57,323 nt of DNA, filler included, from Circinaria calcarea (GCA_051942165.1; 6 parts of 6 records of this genome joined end to end with filler, not necessarily neighbours in it), one strand, 5' to 3'. Shown: positions 25,870-39,080, numbered from the whole stretch's first letter. Numbers and translations: made by a program. The notes: generated by a model from the sequence alone, not told the origin.

Positions 25870-26620
25870 AGCAGTCCGCCTTCAGATATGTGATCCCGCC
25901 TTATTACGGAGGATGACCTGCCAGCTTTCGACAAATCTTACGTCACAGGAAACTGTCTAAATGCATGGGCAATCAATAAGCAGTGCCCTTCCTAAGGCTG
26001 GTCTACTTTTTACGATTGGGTATCAAATCGCCAGGTTAGGGGCTCGCCCCAAACTTCACTATGCCAAAGTTTGGAGGGATGAGTTGTTGCCTCACATCAG
26101 CAGCCGACAACGGCTCCAGTCTATTTGGTTGGACGGTAAACTCGACTATAGATGCTTGGCAGGCTCAATCATCAGGTGAATTTCGCGGATCTACAGCGCG
26201 ACTCAATCTCACTCTAGATAAGATAGGGCAGCCAATACTCAGCGTTTACGAACGGGATGACTTTTCGCAAACCGCCGGTAAAAGTGGAATGTGCGGCTTA
26301 CAAACTGCCAGCCACTAGTGATACTACTGGGATAGAATTTCCTTATAGCCTCCTCACAACGCCGCCATTTGAAGGTCTCGCCAATCAAAGCTGGTCCATC
26401 CCGCAGTCCTATATCCAATTGGTGTGGGATCACTTGAATTCCACTGTCGAGGTTGTTTTCAACTGGACCGCAAGGTCTGAGTACTCAAGTCCAACGTCTT
26501 TGGGTGGTATAAGCATGTTGAAAGCGGAAAACGGATGTACCATGATTATCCCTTGCACAGTTGACGCACGGTAGGCCTCTGTGGACATGTTTTCTGACCC
26601 TGAGTTGATAACACGATACT
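25870..26620 (+). pseudogene. Degraded gene remnant resembling an uncharacterised fungal membrane/secreted protein family
   Basis: Protein-like fragments across frames (SDM*SRLITEDDLP..NCL..QCPS*GWSTF; RKPPVKVEC; SLGG..IIPCTVDAR*AS) broken by stops at 25891, 25993 and 26572 and by frameshifts. The family resemblance is from memory only. Confidence 0.4.
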
Positions 26621-26945
26621 CCAAGTCTCGACAGATCCGCTAGTAACACTACCGTTGTAGAGTTGTTTTAAGAGACGGGTTCTTGAGAAAAAGGACCAAT
26701 TGGGTTGTAGGTTGATCGACTCGTGGCGAGCCGATTTGGAAATATATATTCGAGATCACAGAATATGCTTGTTGCCAACAGTGTTGAGACGAAATGTTGG
26801 AAGTGCGTAGGGGACTAGGCAATGTTCACCTCACGCGACAATAGTCTGGCACTTTTCGCTGCTATGGAGATACTCATTACTCATGGTGCTTTCGTCAGAA
26901 TGCTGGAAAGTGCAAATTCGAGCAAACCGGCGCCTTCATTTCGCA

Positions 26946-27779
26946 TTATAGTAACCATCTTCTCGCCGAGGCCTCTCGCTCAGCTTTCCTCAATTGCTCT
27001 ACGATTTCTGTGCGGCCCTTGGATTTCGCTACTTGCAGAGGCGTCCGATGCTGATTTTCCAGAAGTCGACGCAATATCGGCACCTGCACCCAGCAATCTC
27101 CGAACAGCGTCCGGATGGCCGGCCCTTTATCTCTATCAATTCGATATTGCCCGCAGACGCAGCCGCCTGCAACGCCGTCAAGATCTTGTACCTCATGACC
27201 GTTCCGTTCACCTCCGCTCCTGCGGCGATCAAGGTCTCCACAACATTGATATGCTGATGCTCCACCGCAGCTTGCAGCTGTTCGCCCATTGTTATGAGCA
27301 GGCGGAGCATGGACATTTGCGCCTTCGTCCAACAGCCTTCGCACAACAGCAAGATGCCCGCCTTCGGCTGCGGCTTGCAACGCTGTCCGTTCCATGTACC
27401 GACTTGCCGGATACGTCACGTCACCGCCTGCAGCAACCAGACGGTCCACGATATCGAGATGGCCGGCCCCAGCTGCGAGGGTGAGCGCTATCCGTCCGCC
27501 ATTGTTGCGGCCGGGGGCGTCTACGTATGTGAGAAGCACATCTACGACGGGGAGGTGGCCTTCCAACGAGGCGGCCTGCAGGGCTCTCTTACCGTAACAG
27601 CCTTTGGGGGACTCTTTGGGATCGGTTTGGTGGGCCAGAAGCGCCGAGACGAGGGTGACGTTACCTTGGGAGGCGGCAAGCTGGAGAGAGGTAAAGGTGT
27701 CTTCGTCTTCGGCTTCCTCTGTAAACTGCGGTCTCGTCGATGGAGCCTCGTCAGCTTCCGGCGTCGATATGTCACGCAT
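26946..27779 (-). pseudogene. Ankyrin-repeat gene with three frameshifts and internal deletions
   Basis: Ankyrin repeats TSLQLAASQGN, RALQAASLEGH, TALQAAAEGGH in one frame. The pattern continues as LQAAVEHQH..TALQAAASAGN in a second frame and AGHPDAVRRLLGAGADI in the third, then returns to RTPLQVAKSKGR. Confidence 0.8.
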
Positions 27780-28631
27780 AACTTAGTGAAGATATAGCGT
27801 ACAGGGCGGTGCAGAGGTTGTGATTCGTAAAGATAAATTACTATCATCATAGTATCTGGACGTTCGGACGGGTGATTCTTATAAGTCGACATGCCGTTTA
27901 TCTTCCAAGGCTACAGATTAGCCAGCGTAGGATCCTCCTTTGGAGAAAAATACCATAATCCCCCGCAGGGATTGCCTGATTTCGGCATGTTTGGCCTCAG
28001 TTTCGGGCAGGTGGCTCTGAGTTGATATAAGTTGGCCGACCTCCTTTTTCTGCAGGGACAATCGAGGGAGATTATTTGTTGGCTCGTTCGTTCGCAGGCA
28101 TAAATAAATCTAGTAGATGTTATGGTAGCGTTGATTTTTATCTACCAGTAGTACAATCAATCGTAAAAAGTCTTCCTCCCCCAAAAATGGGAACAGTTTT
28201 GGGTTTTCCAACCGAAAAAGCGGGGAATTTCCCAACTGGAGAATAACCCCCCCCCTCCCTCTTTTTTCCTACTCCATATTATCGCACCTCCCCTTTTTTG
28301 GGGGGGCGGGGCTAAGAATTTTTTATACATACATAACACCCCTTTCCTCCTACGGATAAGTACCGGGCCCACCGGGATAGGGTCGGTCGAGAACAAAAAC
28401 CGGTGGCGCTTACATTTTTCTTAGGTACCATATGCCTGCGATTTGTAGTTTACCAAAACCTATGTATGTGTAGCATCAGTCCATTAGGGTGCAACATAGA
28501 AGTTCCCCCCCCTTCTTCCCCCTCCCTCTTGTTCAATTCATTGCGCGCAAACAAAATACTTCAAAGCCTTTTTTTCCCCCCTCACGGCGTGATGGTATGG
28601 AAGTTTGGAATTTGGAAGCATTGGGCATGTG

Positions 28632-28731
28632 NNNNNNNNNNNNNNNNNNNNNNNNNNNNNNNNNNNNNNNNNNNNTTAATTAATTAANNNNNNNNNNNNN
28701 NNNNNNNNNNNNNNNNNNNNNNNNNNNNNNN
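28632..28731. other. Artificial contig linker N44-TTAATTAATTAA-N44
   Basis: Same linker structure. Confidence 0.98.
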
Positions 28732-29434
28732 CATGCTTATAGACCGTGTTCAATAGACTCCATACTATTGAGCCTAGGGCAACAGTTCAACTACACCCTA
28801 TGTAACCGTGCTATCACCAATCGGGACTTAACATATTCCTCATTAGGCCCCAAGGATTGCAGCGCCCTTACAGTCGTATTCGTTATTAAAATAATATTCT
28901 TTTTTATTATAAACGATGAAATATGTTTCAAAGGAGAGGGAATTATTTATTAATTAGTACTTAATTGAGCCGGTTGTATAATATTAAATAATATGCGTTG
29001 GTTTATGCAGCTATGCTGCGGCTTGATTTCCGATTGGAAATTTCATGCGCTTAAACGCCTCTTGATGCTACCATATGCAGGGACGAGCCTGAACTATCCG
29101 TTTCTATCTCAAAAGCCGGATAGAGGCTCGGAGCAAGGTCCAAATGAGACTGGCGTGAGGCTCCCCAGAACATCAGTTCAACACCAAAGATATTGCTTCT
29201 CTGCTTCTCATATCGTAAGAATAGGGCATACAATTCATCGCTATTTTAGTAACGGATTTTTCCTCGATTTTAATAGAATATACCGTCACTATCATAAAGT
29301 TTGAATTAACTAGAGATCTCCTCGAACTCACAGGCTGACGGCGACTCGTTGATTTTCTTTTTCAGGCTAATACTTTCTCCTAACCTCTCCTCTGCTCAGG
29401 TTACCTTAAATACACTCTCAAGGACTCTTAAAAG

Positions 29435-32400
29435 ATGGAAACTGTCGAAGATGAAAGTAGTATATTTTAACATTTGAAATAATACATAAGAATTGACTGC
29501 GGCTGATACAACTTCAGGTTCCTTGTCCTTAGGTAACACATGCAACCCAAACAGTCCAGAGATGCCTCGAAGTGCAGGGGCAGGCTCCGAGGTGACTGAA
29601 GCATCTTCAATCTCCTCTCCAGACGATACTGTTCCTGGTTTAAACAATAAAACCATGGAAAATGGACCAAAGCCTGCTGAGCTTGAGACAAGGGCCCTAG
29701 AGGAAGCGAAAAAGGATGGCGGACCAGCAACGACCAACAAAGAGAACAGGGAACGAAAGAAGAAAGCCTTCTCAGTCGACCCTGACTCGGATTCCGATGC
29801 CAGTTCTGACTCTGCACCTGATTACTACATCCGCAGGCTTGCCATGAGCGCCAGCTCGCTGTCCCTATTCAATGCATACAAAGAGAGGATGAAACGTAAA
29901 GCCGAGACAAAAGACCAGAGGAACCAGGGCTCAAATCTCGTGAAAGGACTGGTCGACTATCTGAGAGTCCTGGAAGACCGAATCGACCAACTGGAATCCG
30001 ACACAGGAACCAAGGCCGAGAAGGTGGACGAACCCAGTATACGGCTTACTGAGAGTAGTAATTCCACGGTTGAGGTTGCTGTCAAGTTCTTTAACTCAGC
30101 GGCGTACCTAGGAGAGGATGGATCATATCTCAAAGCGGTCGACGAAACCGAGAAAGGCACCTTCACATGTGGCCACGACACTCAACACCTTATCCGAGTG
30201 CTTTACTCCAAGATCAAAAACGATGGGGCAGAGCCTCTTAAACGGGCGGATTGTGAGCCCCCTAACGTCGGCGATATCGACATCCTGACTCTTGGTGTCT
30301 TGTCCGAGCCCATTGCTGCATTCTTCGCGAAACAGCTGGATATTGACGCCGAGGATGACCACCTGATCCGGTTCGGGAAGCCCTTCCGACCACTGATTAG
30401 ACATCTCGGCCGTGTCAGAGAGCAGCTGAAGAAGCTAGAGAGTAATTATAGGTAAGTTAGAACACATGCGTGACTGCTCTCATTGCTGACGGGTGTAAAT
30501 AGTCGAGTGGTGACCGAAGATGTGGACAAGTCTGGGACAATCAGGGACAGCTCAACTGAGGCACCGGACGCAACAGCAAACCGCGAGGAAAGCGATGTTC
30601 TGCCCTTTCCACCCGCCAACAACAGTGAAAATGACAGCTTTCCAGCCTATGACCGGCCTGCAGCTCTCCCCCATTTTCAAGCCTTCTTGGCCTTCGTCGA
30701 CGAGTTTCTCGGCAAGCAGATCCAATTGTATCAGCGCCTACGCGAGGGGAAGGAGCAGTACGTAGCGTTTGAGAACCTCTGGATGCTATTTGATGCCAAT
30801 GACACCATATATTGTCCGCTTCGCGAAGCAATAACGGAGGAGTACAACAACGTTGAGGGTAGCGATCATACTCCAATCCGACGGCATACCCCTCAAGCTT
30901 ATCGAGTAGTGGCCACTTTTGGAGGCATGCCTTTGGTAAGAACCATGGCTCCGGCATTCAAGCTGACAAAGACGGTTGACACCGTTGCTCCCGTCTCACT
31001 TAGCAACTCTTTCATAGGGGCAAGAGCCAATGCTCTCGCCGATATACTGACACAAACGGCCGAGATTTCGAGAAAGATCAGAAACAACTATACAGAATTT
31101 AATGTGTATTGCTTCTACCTAGACTTCAACGGGGTTGAATTCGGTACGGTCCGCGAGGTATTCATTTTCAAGCCCTACGAGCGGGAAATGGAAATTCGCA
31201 GTCTCCAGGCATATCCCGCTCACTATCTGTTGCGCGACCAGCTCTATGATCATGGCAGAAGATTTCTTGATGCCACGAGAGTCTCTCACCTGCAGTACGA
31301 AGGGCTAACCGTTGGACCAAGTCGAGAAGAGGTGAGCATCACCACATGCTATCTGCACAGAGTAGTCACCCATCTAACACATGGAGCCATAGATCAACAG
31401 CCCAGTGGTGGTGGACATGAAACTGGCATTTGAAGGCGGTCCCGACACGGACAAAGCGTTCATTAATGTCCCAGAATTTAAATCGCCCGCATCTCTCTGG
31501 CTGTCCGAGGCATTAGGCGAGGCCTATGACCTCTTTGGGAAATCGAACTGCCCTCGCAAATGGTGCTACGGTAGAGAGTGCACGTCGAATGTGTACAGCG
31601 GATCACAGAGAAAACAGCGGGACAAAATTGAATCAAATATCAAACTCGTACTCGAAGAGTATGAGAACGTGAAGCAGCAAGGCAAGGATGGCCTGGAACA
31701 ATTCGGGCAACTTATGGCGGACAACGACATTATTAGGTTATTACCTGGGGCAGTACCGGGCTTCGCTCTGAGAAACAGGAAATGGGGTAAGTGCAATTGT
31801 TGCAACGTATCCGACCACAAACTCGGGTTGCTAACGCACTTGTATGCATAGCTCTCCTCAACCTCGCGCAACTTGGGCCGGTTGAGCAGAACAATGAATG
31901 GAATAAGCTTGTTCTTCCCCCAGGACACCGAGATATGGTTCAAGCCATGGTCGAAACTCACACACAAGACCTCGGTTCCAACAGGGACGCCAAGATCGGA
32001 ATGGACTTGGTGCAAGGCAAAGGTGAGTGACTAGACTTTTCATCGAAAACTCTATTGGCATTGCTGAGCCATTTTGAAGGGAGAGGATGTATCATCCTCT
32101 TGCACGGCGTTCCAGGAGTGGGCAAGACTTCTACGGCGGGTAAGTTCAGACACCTCCTTCAGCCAATGGGATCACTGATAGATACATCCATTTGCAGAAT
32201 GTGTTGCTGCCAATTCCAAGAAGCCGCTTTACCCCATTACCTGCGGTGAGGGACCATTACCGTTCTACCCCTAGGGGAACTCATAGTGGCACAGCACATA
32301 CTGAATTATTCGGATCAAACAGGTGACATTGGCATTATGCCTGGGGACGTAGAGAAAAACATGGAGAATCACTTCAAGTTGGCACATAGATGGGGCTGTG

Positions 32401-33377
32401 TGCTTTTGCTCGACGAAGCAGATGTGTTTCTTGCCAAACGCGACGTGCGTCTACCCAGTTCTGAGCTTTAAAGACACGATCGCTTACTTCAAGCAGCAAA
32501 AAGATGTGCAGAGGAATGGTTTGGTTTCAGGTAAGCTCCGGGACAGAAAAGATACCGCTACGATTCTACAAATTCGTATGCTAACATAATCCTAGTATTC
32601 CTGCGCATGCTTGAGTACTACTCCGGAATTTTGTTCCTCACCACGAACCGGGTCGGAGTCATCGACGACGCATTTCGGTCGCGTCTGCATCTAACTCTCT
32701 ACTACCCTAAGCTCACTAAAAAGCAATCAAAGCAGATCTTCAGGCAAAATTTTCAACGAATCGCCGATATTAATGCCGACCGCGAAAAGAGGAAGCTGCC
32801 CATATTCGATTACAGAGACTCGGAGCCGAAAATCATGGATTGGGCCATGGAGACTTGGAAGACGCTGAGATGGAATGGCCGCCAGATTCGCAATGCTTTC
32901 CAAACTGTCCTGGCCTTAGCCGAGTTTCATGCTAAGAATAGCAGCAGAGAGTCAATGAACTCGGTCGTAACCAAGAAGCATTTCAAGATTGTCGCCAGTG
33001 CCTCTGTCCAATTCAACAAGTATTTGTTGGCGACCCACGGCATGGACGAAGACAAGACGGCGAGTCGTGAGACCATGAGAGCACTGAGCTTCTCGCCCTC
33101 TTCTGAAGTGGTGTTCAAGGCATTCGACCAAGACGACTCTGATTCCAGCTCGGAGGGGGAGGATAGCAGCGATGGGTCGGGAACCGATACCGATTCAGAT
33201 GAGTCAGATGAGTCCGACTCAAGAAAAAAGAAAAAAACGAGCAAGGAAAAGAAGGGAAAGGAGTCGAAGAGTAGCAGCAAAAAAAGTAAGAAGACTTCGG
33301 ACAAAAATGAAAAATCGAAAAAGAAGTTTAAGGAAAAGAAGAAAGAAAGAAAAGAGAAGGAAGGAAGTGATGACTAG
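29435..33377 (+). CDS. Large multi-exon fungal AAA+ ATPase (DUF7025-associated type) with an acidic then Lys-rich C-terminal tail
   Basis: VAFENLWMLF; PGFALRNRKW; WNKLVLP; DLVQGKG|RGCIILLHGVPGVGKTSTA (Walker A); WGCVLLLDEADVFL (Walker B); LEYYSGILFLTTNRVG; WNGRQIRNA. Probable start METVEDE|S at 29435. Confidence 0.92.
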
Positions 33378-35672
33378 TTAATTTCGCTTCCACAATTTCG
33401 TTGCCTCAGTGCAGAAAGGAGGTGCAGTATAGGGAGGGTGCTACTGTCTTCAATGGGCTCGACGGTTTATACCGGAATGTATGTGTGATAAAAGCTACTG
33501 CTATATTATCTAATACTATGCGTATAGAAGGTAGGAAGCCAATAAGAAGAATATGTATAAACCGTGTGGAGGAGAATGCTCGGGGGATCGCTGAAATATG
33601 GAACGAATAGTGCGCCCAATCAGCGTCATTTCCCCGCCATCTTCTCCAAGCGCTCCAATCATAAAAGTCGCCGGACAGTGTAAAACTTTGGTCAGCGCGT
33701 ACTGTCCTGAGACGCATCAGCAATCCTCGGACGATCTGGTCGGAGTCTCTGTGGAAGAAACTGGAAATAAATATGATGAAGAGGTGAAGGGTGAAAAGCG
33801 AGCAACAAAGGCAGATAATACAAGAACGGACGTCGGAATAAGCCCAAGAAAAATCCAATCGATTAATGCAAGTTTATTGAATGGAGAGCCAAGTATATTG
33901 TATGCAGAAGTTCTGCACTACCCGTATGAATAATAGCGTGTCCTGCAGAGTTTTTTCCCTATCTTCGCACTTTGTGAACCATACAGTTGACACTACACAT
34001 CACACACAATATACGCTATGGTGCACGTATTGATTCCTGCCTTAATGCATTGCTTAAGTCACGCCACGCCATATATTCATTAAAGTACTCTCATCTCCCC
34101 CTTCTTATTATTCTATTCCATATCTCCTCGCCCTTCCCCTGGCAACACTGGATCCTTGTGACCGCCGGTGTTGGTAACGGAGATCTTCACCAGGGTATTT
34201 TTTGTAGAGTGGAATATAAGGAACAGGTCAAGAGTGGATGTAGGAAAGATTTCTTATCTAACCTTACTCCGTATTCATCTTAGATATCAACTATGAAATG
34301 ATGGGGTGTATCCGGGATCCAGCCTTTCGATGAAGCATGATATTATAGGATCGGCGATTATTGCCGGTAATATCAAGATACCTTGGGATTTCATCAAATA
34401 GGTAGCTGGATCAATTTAATGAACACAGCGAGGCCTGCTTGAGTGTCCGCGACCTCAAATTCTAGGCTTTGGAAAGGGAGCGTACTCTATAAAGAAGCCG
34501 ATTATTTTCTCCTCACACCGAACAACCTCCTACGACTGGGCTATGAATGAATAGTCCCCACCCCCACCTCTCCACAACAATGTTCTGCTGAGCAGATATG
34601 CTTTCTCTCTCTCCGGATCCGGACAGGTAGAGGTGGCAAGTCTCACGTTCTAAGTACGTACATAAAAAGCACATTTCGCCCGCAGACTTGTTGAGGAAAA
34701 AGGGAGAGTCTTGGGGAATCAGAATACCTACTGAAAGCAGCTCGATCAGTCCTCGGATAAGAACTGAGGAAAAAGGGAAAGAGGCTTGGGACCAGGAGTC
34801 TAGGATTTGTTGGGTTTGGGACACCGAGGATTTGTTTGGCCTTTTGTAAAACCTGTGGCTGCTGGATTGGGAAGGTTTGTATAAAGGAGGTTTCCTTTTC
34901 CGTTTTCGTGTGAGCAAATCTGGCTAGGTTTAGGGGAGTTTGAGAGCTGGGAAGTAAGAGAGGAGAAGTGTTGGCGGGGAAGTTCGGATGCTGGAGATTT
35001 AGACTTCGAAGCTGCCGTTACAGCTAGGGCAGGTTTGCAAAGGGGCTAGGTACTCCTCTATCTTATGAGCAGATCAGGTGTGGTTTGTGCGGGAAATATC
35101 CGATCAAACTGCGAGGAAGGCTGGTGTTTAATTCCTAGGTCAGAAGTTTGATATTTAGGATTTCAAGCTTGATGTTGGTGATTGCGTGTCAAATAGCTGG
35201 TATAAGGGTATTCCATACCTATATATGAGCGTCAGGTATGGAGGGATATAACAACAGGGGAAGAAAAGCGGAGGGCACAGGGGATGGGAGTAGGAAATGC
35301 CATTCTACTTTATATTTGCGGTGCAACCGAGAGCATTATTGCTAGTGTTATGGTACTCATTACCCCTTAATTTTCAACAGGCTAGCCACCAGTTCTTTAT
35401 AGCCGAGCAGGATGATACCATGCACTTATTTCTCGCTTGGTAAATACTTATCGCTTTGTTCAACACCTAGGGCGAAGCGAATGGTGAAGCGAAAGGACGA
35501 AGCGAGAACTGTATCACCAATATTTACTATATATTTGACCAAATGCGTGCAGTTTTTCCAATCTTTGTACAACACCTTATCCAGAACTTCTCTTCACCAA
35601 ACCACAAAGTAATCCCTTCCCATTCCAATCCCAATTGTTAGCACACAAACAGTCAACTGACTACATCTCAAG

Positions 35673-36735
35673 ATGGATGAAATACCAATCGACCCTCGAC
35701 TTCTGGCATGGCAGGCACCTTCAGCAGAGAACCCATATATCGGGGAAGCTGCTGGTAATATCGTGCCAAGCTCCTACCAAGTAAGTGACTTGAAAGTGAT
35801 TTCCATAGTTATCCAAGGGCATTAGTATTTCCAAAGTTGCTGACATGCACATCTCTAGCCATCGCCTTTGCCCACTATCCCTGAAGCCAACCCCGGACGA
35901 GAAGCCAAGGCCAACGATCCGAGGCAGGAAGGTAGATCTAAGGTGACTGTAAGTAAACCAAGAATAGGCTATAACCCAAGAAAGCAGCAAGGTTGACTTG
36001 AAGTATCCAGAAATCCCGTACTCGACGAACTCGGAAGCCTGCACCACCACCGCAAGATGCTAGGATAGCGCCTCGCCACGTTGTCGCGACAGCTATGAAG
36101 AGATGGGGCGAGAAGCAGCAAGGTCCCGAGTACGACGGCACGATCATCCCAGCAACAAGGCCCGATCCCATCAAACCTGCTGCATGCGTCCAACGAGAAG
36201 CAAAGGGAATATTCGAACCGTACGAGTGTCCCATCTGCCACGCTGGATTTGAAAGGTGCCATGGAGTCTACACGCACTTCGGTGCATGCGTAAGGCGTAA
36301 TGGCAACCCTTTGGGGTGGAAGTGGAATGATGATCCGAGCTGTGAAGGTTATAAAGGCCGGAGCCAACAAGGACTTTGGAACACGGACAGAAAAGCGTAC
36401 CACGAGGAGAAGGAGAGGAAAGAGGAGGAGAAGAAGAGGATGGAGGCGGAAAACAAGGCAGATGACTCGGGAAAGAGCACGGAGAGAGTGGAAGAAGACG
36501 AGTAAGACAAATCCTCTTCTTATTATGTTATATCTACAGTGCTAACAAGCGGTGCAAATACAGTGGTGTGCCGTACATACTAGGTTACAAAGGAGGAGTG
36601 CTACCGAAAGGGAGGACGTGGATGAAGTCCAGCCTCACGTTGATAGACGCATGTGTGGCAGCCGGGAGCGATATCATATATAGTCGCGAAGTGTATGGCT
36701 CAAAAGACTTTACATCTCGTGAGCAGGATAGATAG
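35673..36735 (+). CDS. Small multi-exon hypothetical protein with a CxxC..H..C (C2HC-type) zinc-finger-like motif
   Basis: MDEIPIDPRLL start. GTAAGT/GTAAGA donors at ~35781, ~35949 and ~36502 splice in frame. Core YECPICHAGFERCHGVYTHFGACVRRNGNPLGWKWNDDPS. Last exon uncertain (unspliced stop at 36505). Confidence 0.6.
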
Positions 36736-38204
36736 TCGGCTGGATTAATAGGGATAGTGTCTGACAACAATAAAGCTATGATGAAAGAGTGCTGTTGTTT
36801 TGTGATTTTTCGGTTGATAATCATTCGATGCTTGGCGTCGTGCTACGCTCACGTGACCATTAATAGTCTGTTTTCCTTCACACCTCCCAATGACAGCAAA
36901 CAGCTATGAAGACATCGTCACACCCTGGAAACCATCGGGATACTACTTCATAGGCACTGAAAAGGAAAAATTATTGCAGTTGAACCAAATGTAGAAGCTA
37001 TCCTCCACCAGGCTTTCATTCTTCCAACCCGCGATCCGTAAGTAGCCATTCTCGCCTCTCAGACCCATGTTTTCACCGGCCCTTCCGTAGAATCATTATC
37101 AACATACGATACCTTACCATTTCCATAACTCCCCCCGTTTCACAATTCCCATACCTCATATATCTTCTTTGCCGTTCCTTCCTCCAAGGGAGCTCTTACC
37201 GCGCTCGGCCACGCCATTCTTCCCTTTCTGCATCTCCCAGGCTACCTGATCCATCTGGTCCAATCCTTGATGGCGTCTGGGACCTGTACGTTTGACAGAC
37301 TTTGGTGTTCATCCTAAAACCTTCTAGCGCGGGATTCCGCTGATTGACTTATCTTCTGATGCTCGCCTAGAAGCAATTATGAAGAGTAGATGCCCTTCCT
37401 GGTTCTTTTTTGGTTCTTTTGACGCAGCTTTGAAACTGTATATACACGCTGTGTGCCCACGAAAAGCTACCTGAGCAGATGAGACGAGCATAACGGTGGA
37501 TGTTTCCCTGGCGTTCACCTTCTGCGACCCCTGCTCCTTTGATCGGTGTGGTATCATTGTCGTTGTATTTGGTAGCTTGACGATTTAGGAATGGTTGAAG
37601 GACTTCCAGGGGGAGGCGGAATCTGAAATGTGCAATTCATCTCCACCCCCGTCTAAATGCTCTATCTTGCTGGTTTCATACTCAACAGTGGGACCGGTTG
37701 CTGGTTCCCTGGTCTGCTGTATGATGTTCACGGCCTATAGAAAGAAGCTCATGAAGGGAGCGCTCAACACCTATTAAAAGAGCGCTAACTACAAGCTAGA
37801 ATACACAGGCAGCTCCTATATCTACCATCATATTTAACCCAGCTCGCCAACCTTTTCCGACCCGTATGTTACACGAATTCTCCTGCCTTGTCTCGTCTTT
37901 TCTACTCCTCTGATACCTTCGTTGACAAACTCATCTCCTTGCTTACCCAATTTCCCTCAATTCGCCCATCTCTATACGGGAGGATTCTAGCTAGGTGTTG
38001 AATTGGTAGAAGTAAAATTAGGATCTACCAATCATGCCGCATAAACCCCCCTTAACGAACCCTACGTCCTCAATGCAAACCCTCAAAACGGCCCACACAT
38101 TCGACCAGAACCAAAACCCAAAAACCATTGTAACAAAGCTCCCCATTCCCATTTCCCGTTTCCCATTCGCCGGCTATATTGACTCCAGAAATACTTTTCT
38201 GTAA

Positions 38205-38304
38205 NNNNNNNNNNNNNNNNNNNNNNNNNNNNNNNNNNNNNNNNNNNNTTAATTAATTAANNNNNNNNNNNNNNNNNNNNNNNNNNNNNNNNNNNNNNNN
38301 NNNN
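38205..38304. other. Artificial contig linker N44-TTAATTAATTAA-N44
   Basis: Same linker structure. Confidence 0.98.
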
Positions 38305-39080
38305 AATTGCACAAGAGCAAAGCCAAAAAGCACAGCTTCGGCGGCATGTTCATAACGAACTGCCATTGATCCTATCCCTGCCCCGATATCGTCTTTGATA
38401 TCTTGAAATTGATAAATAGTCTCGTAGACAACCGTCCAGCTAGCATTGGCGAGGTACAAACAGAGCAAGCCCATCAGAGAGAACCAAGACTTTTCAGACC
38501 ATAAGGTAACCGGATCCGCACCTAGGGCCGCACCACTAACAAAAACACCCCATGCAAACGTCAAGCCCAGAAAGAGTGGAGCGTAGTCTGTGACCCGTTT
38601 CGACAGAGGATAGAGGACATGCAAAATGGCGTACGGGATTGAATAGTAGACGCATTGGGTAGGAAGATGGTAAAGTATGAGTGACCAGATAAGCATATGC
38701 GCAGCAGCAAAGGCGACACCGTTCGTCTGGGAGACTGCACCGCGAGCAACCGGACGAAATCGACACCGGGCGACCTGGCGGTCTAGATCTCGGTCCACAA
38801 CATCGTTCCAAGCCACGGCAGCACCACGTAGGAGGACGATGGAAATGAAGAGAGGAATATGTGTGGTGAAGAGAGAGGAGGGTGGGGTGATAGGCTGGGC
38901 AACGCAGGCTGCGTAGAGGAGACCGAAGAGGAAGGGAAGGTAGAAATATAAGATGCCAGTAGGTCTATCGAGGCGGACGAGTTCGGCATAAGGGACCCAC
39001 GATGATGGCAGATAGGACAGAAGTCCCGTTTGAGGGGGATGGTAGGCACTAGACTTTGAGGAGAGACTTGAGGGAGACAT
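38305..39080 (-). CDS. UbiA-family aromatic polyprenyltransferase (secondary-metabolism type), 3' end truncated
   Basis: LPSSWVPYAELVRLDRP; first Asp-rich motif WNDVVDRDLDRQVARCRFRPVARG; YPLSKRVTDY; second motif YETIYQFQDIKDD; several hydrophobic helices. Confidence 0.93.

Noticed and set aside
28157..28631. Homopolymer-rich stretch with small ORFs
   Set aside because: Inflated C/T/A/G runs at a contig end look like low-quality read tail; 38040-38204 is similar.
34513..34917. 134-aa minus-strand ORF with a basic N-terminus
   Set aside because: Non-ATG start; attempted splicing downstream runs into stops; no recognisable family.
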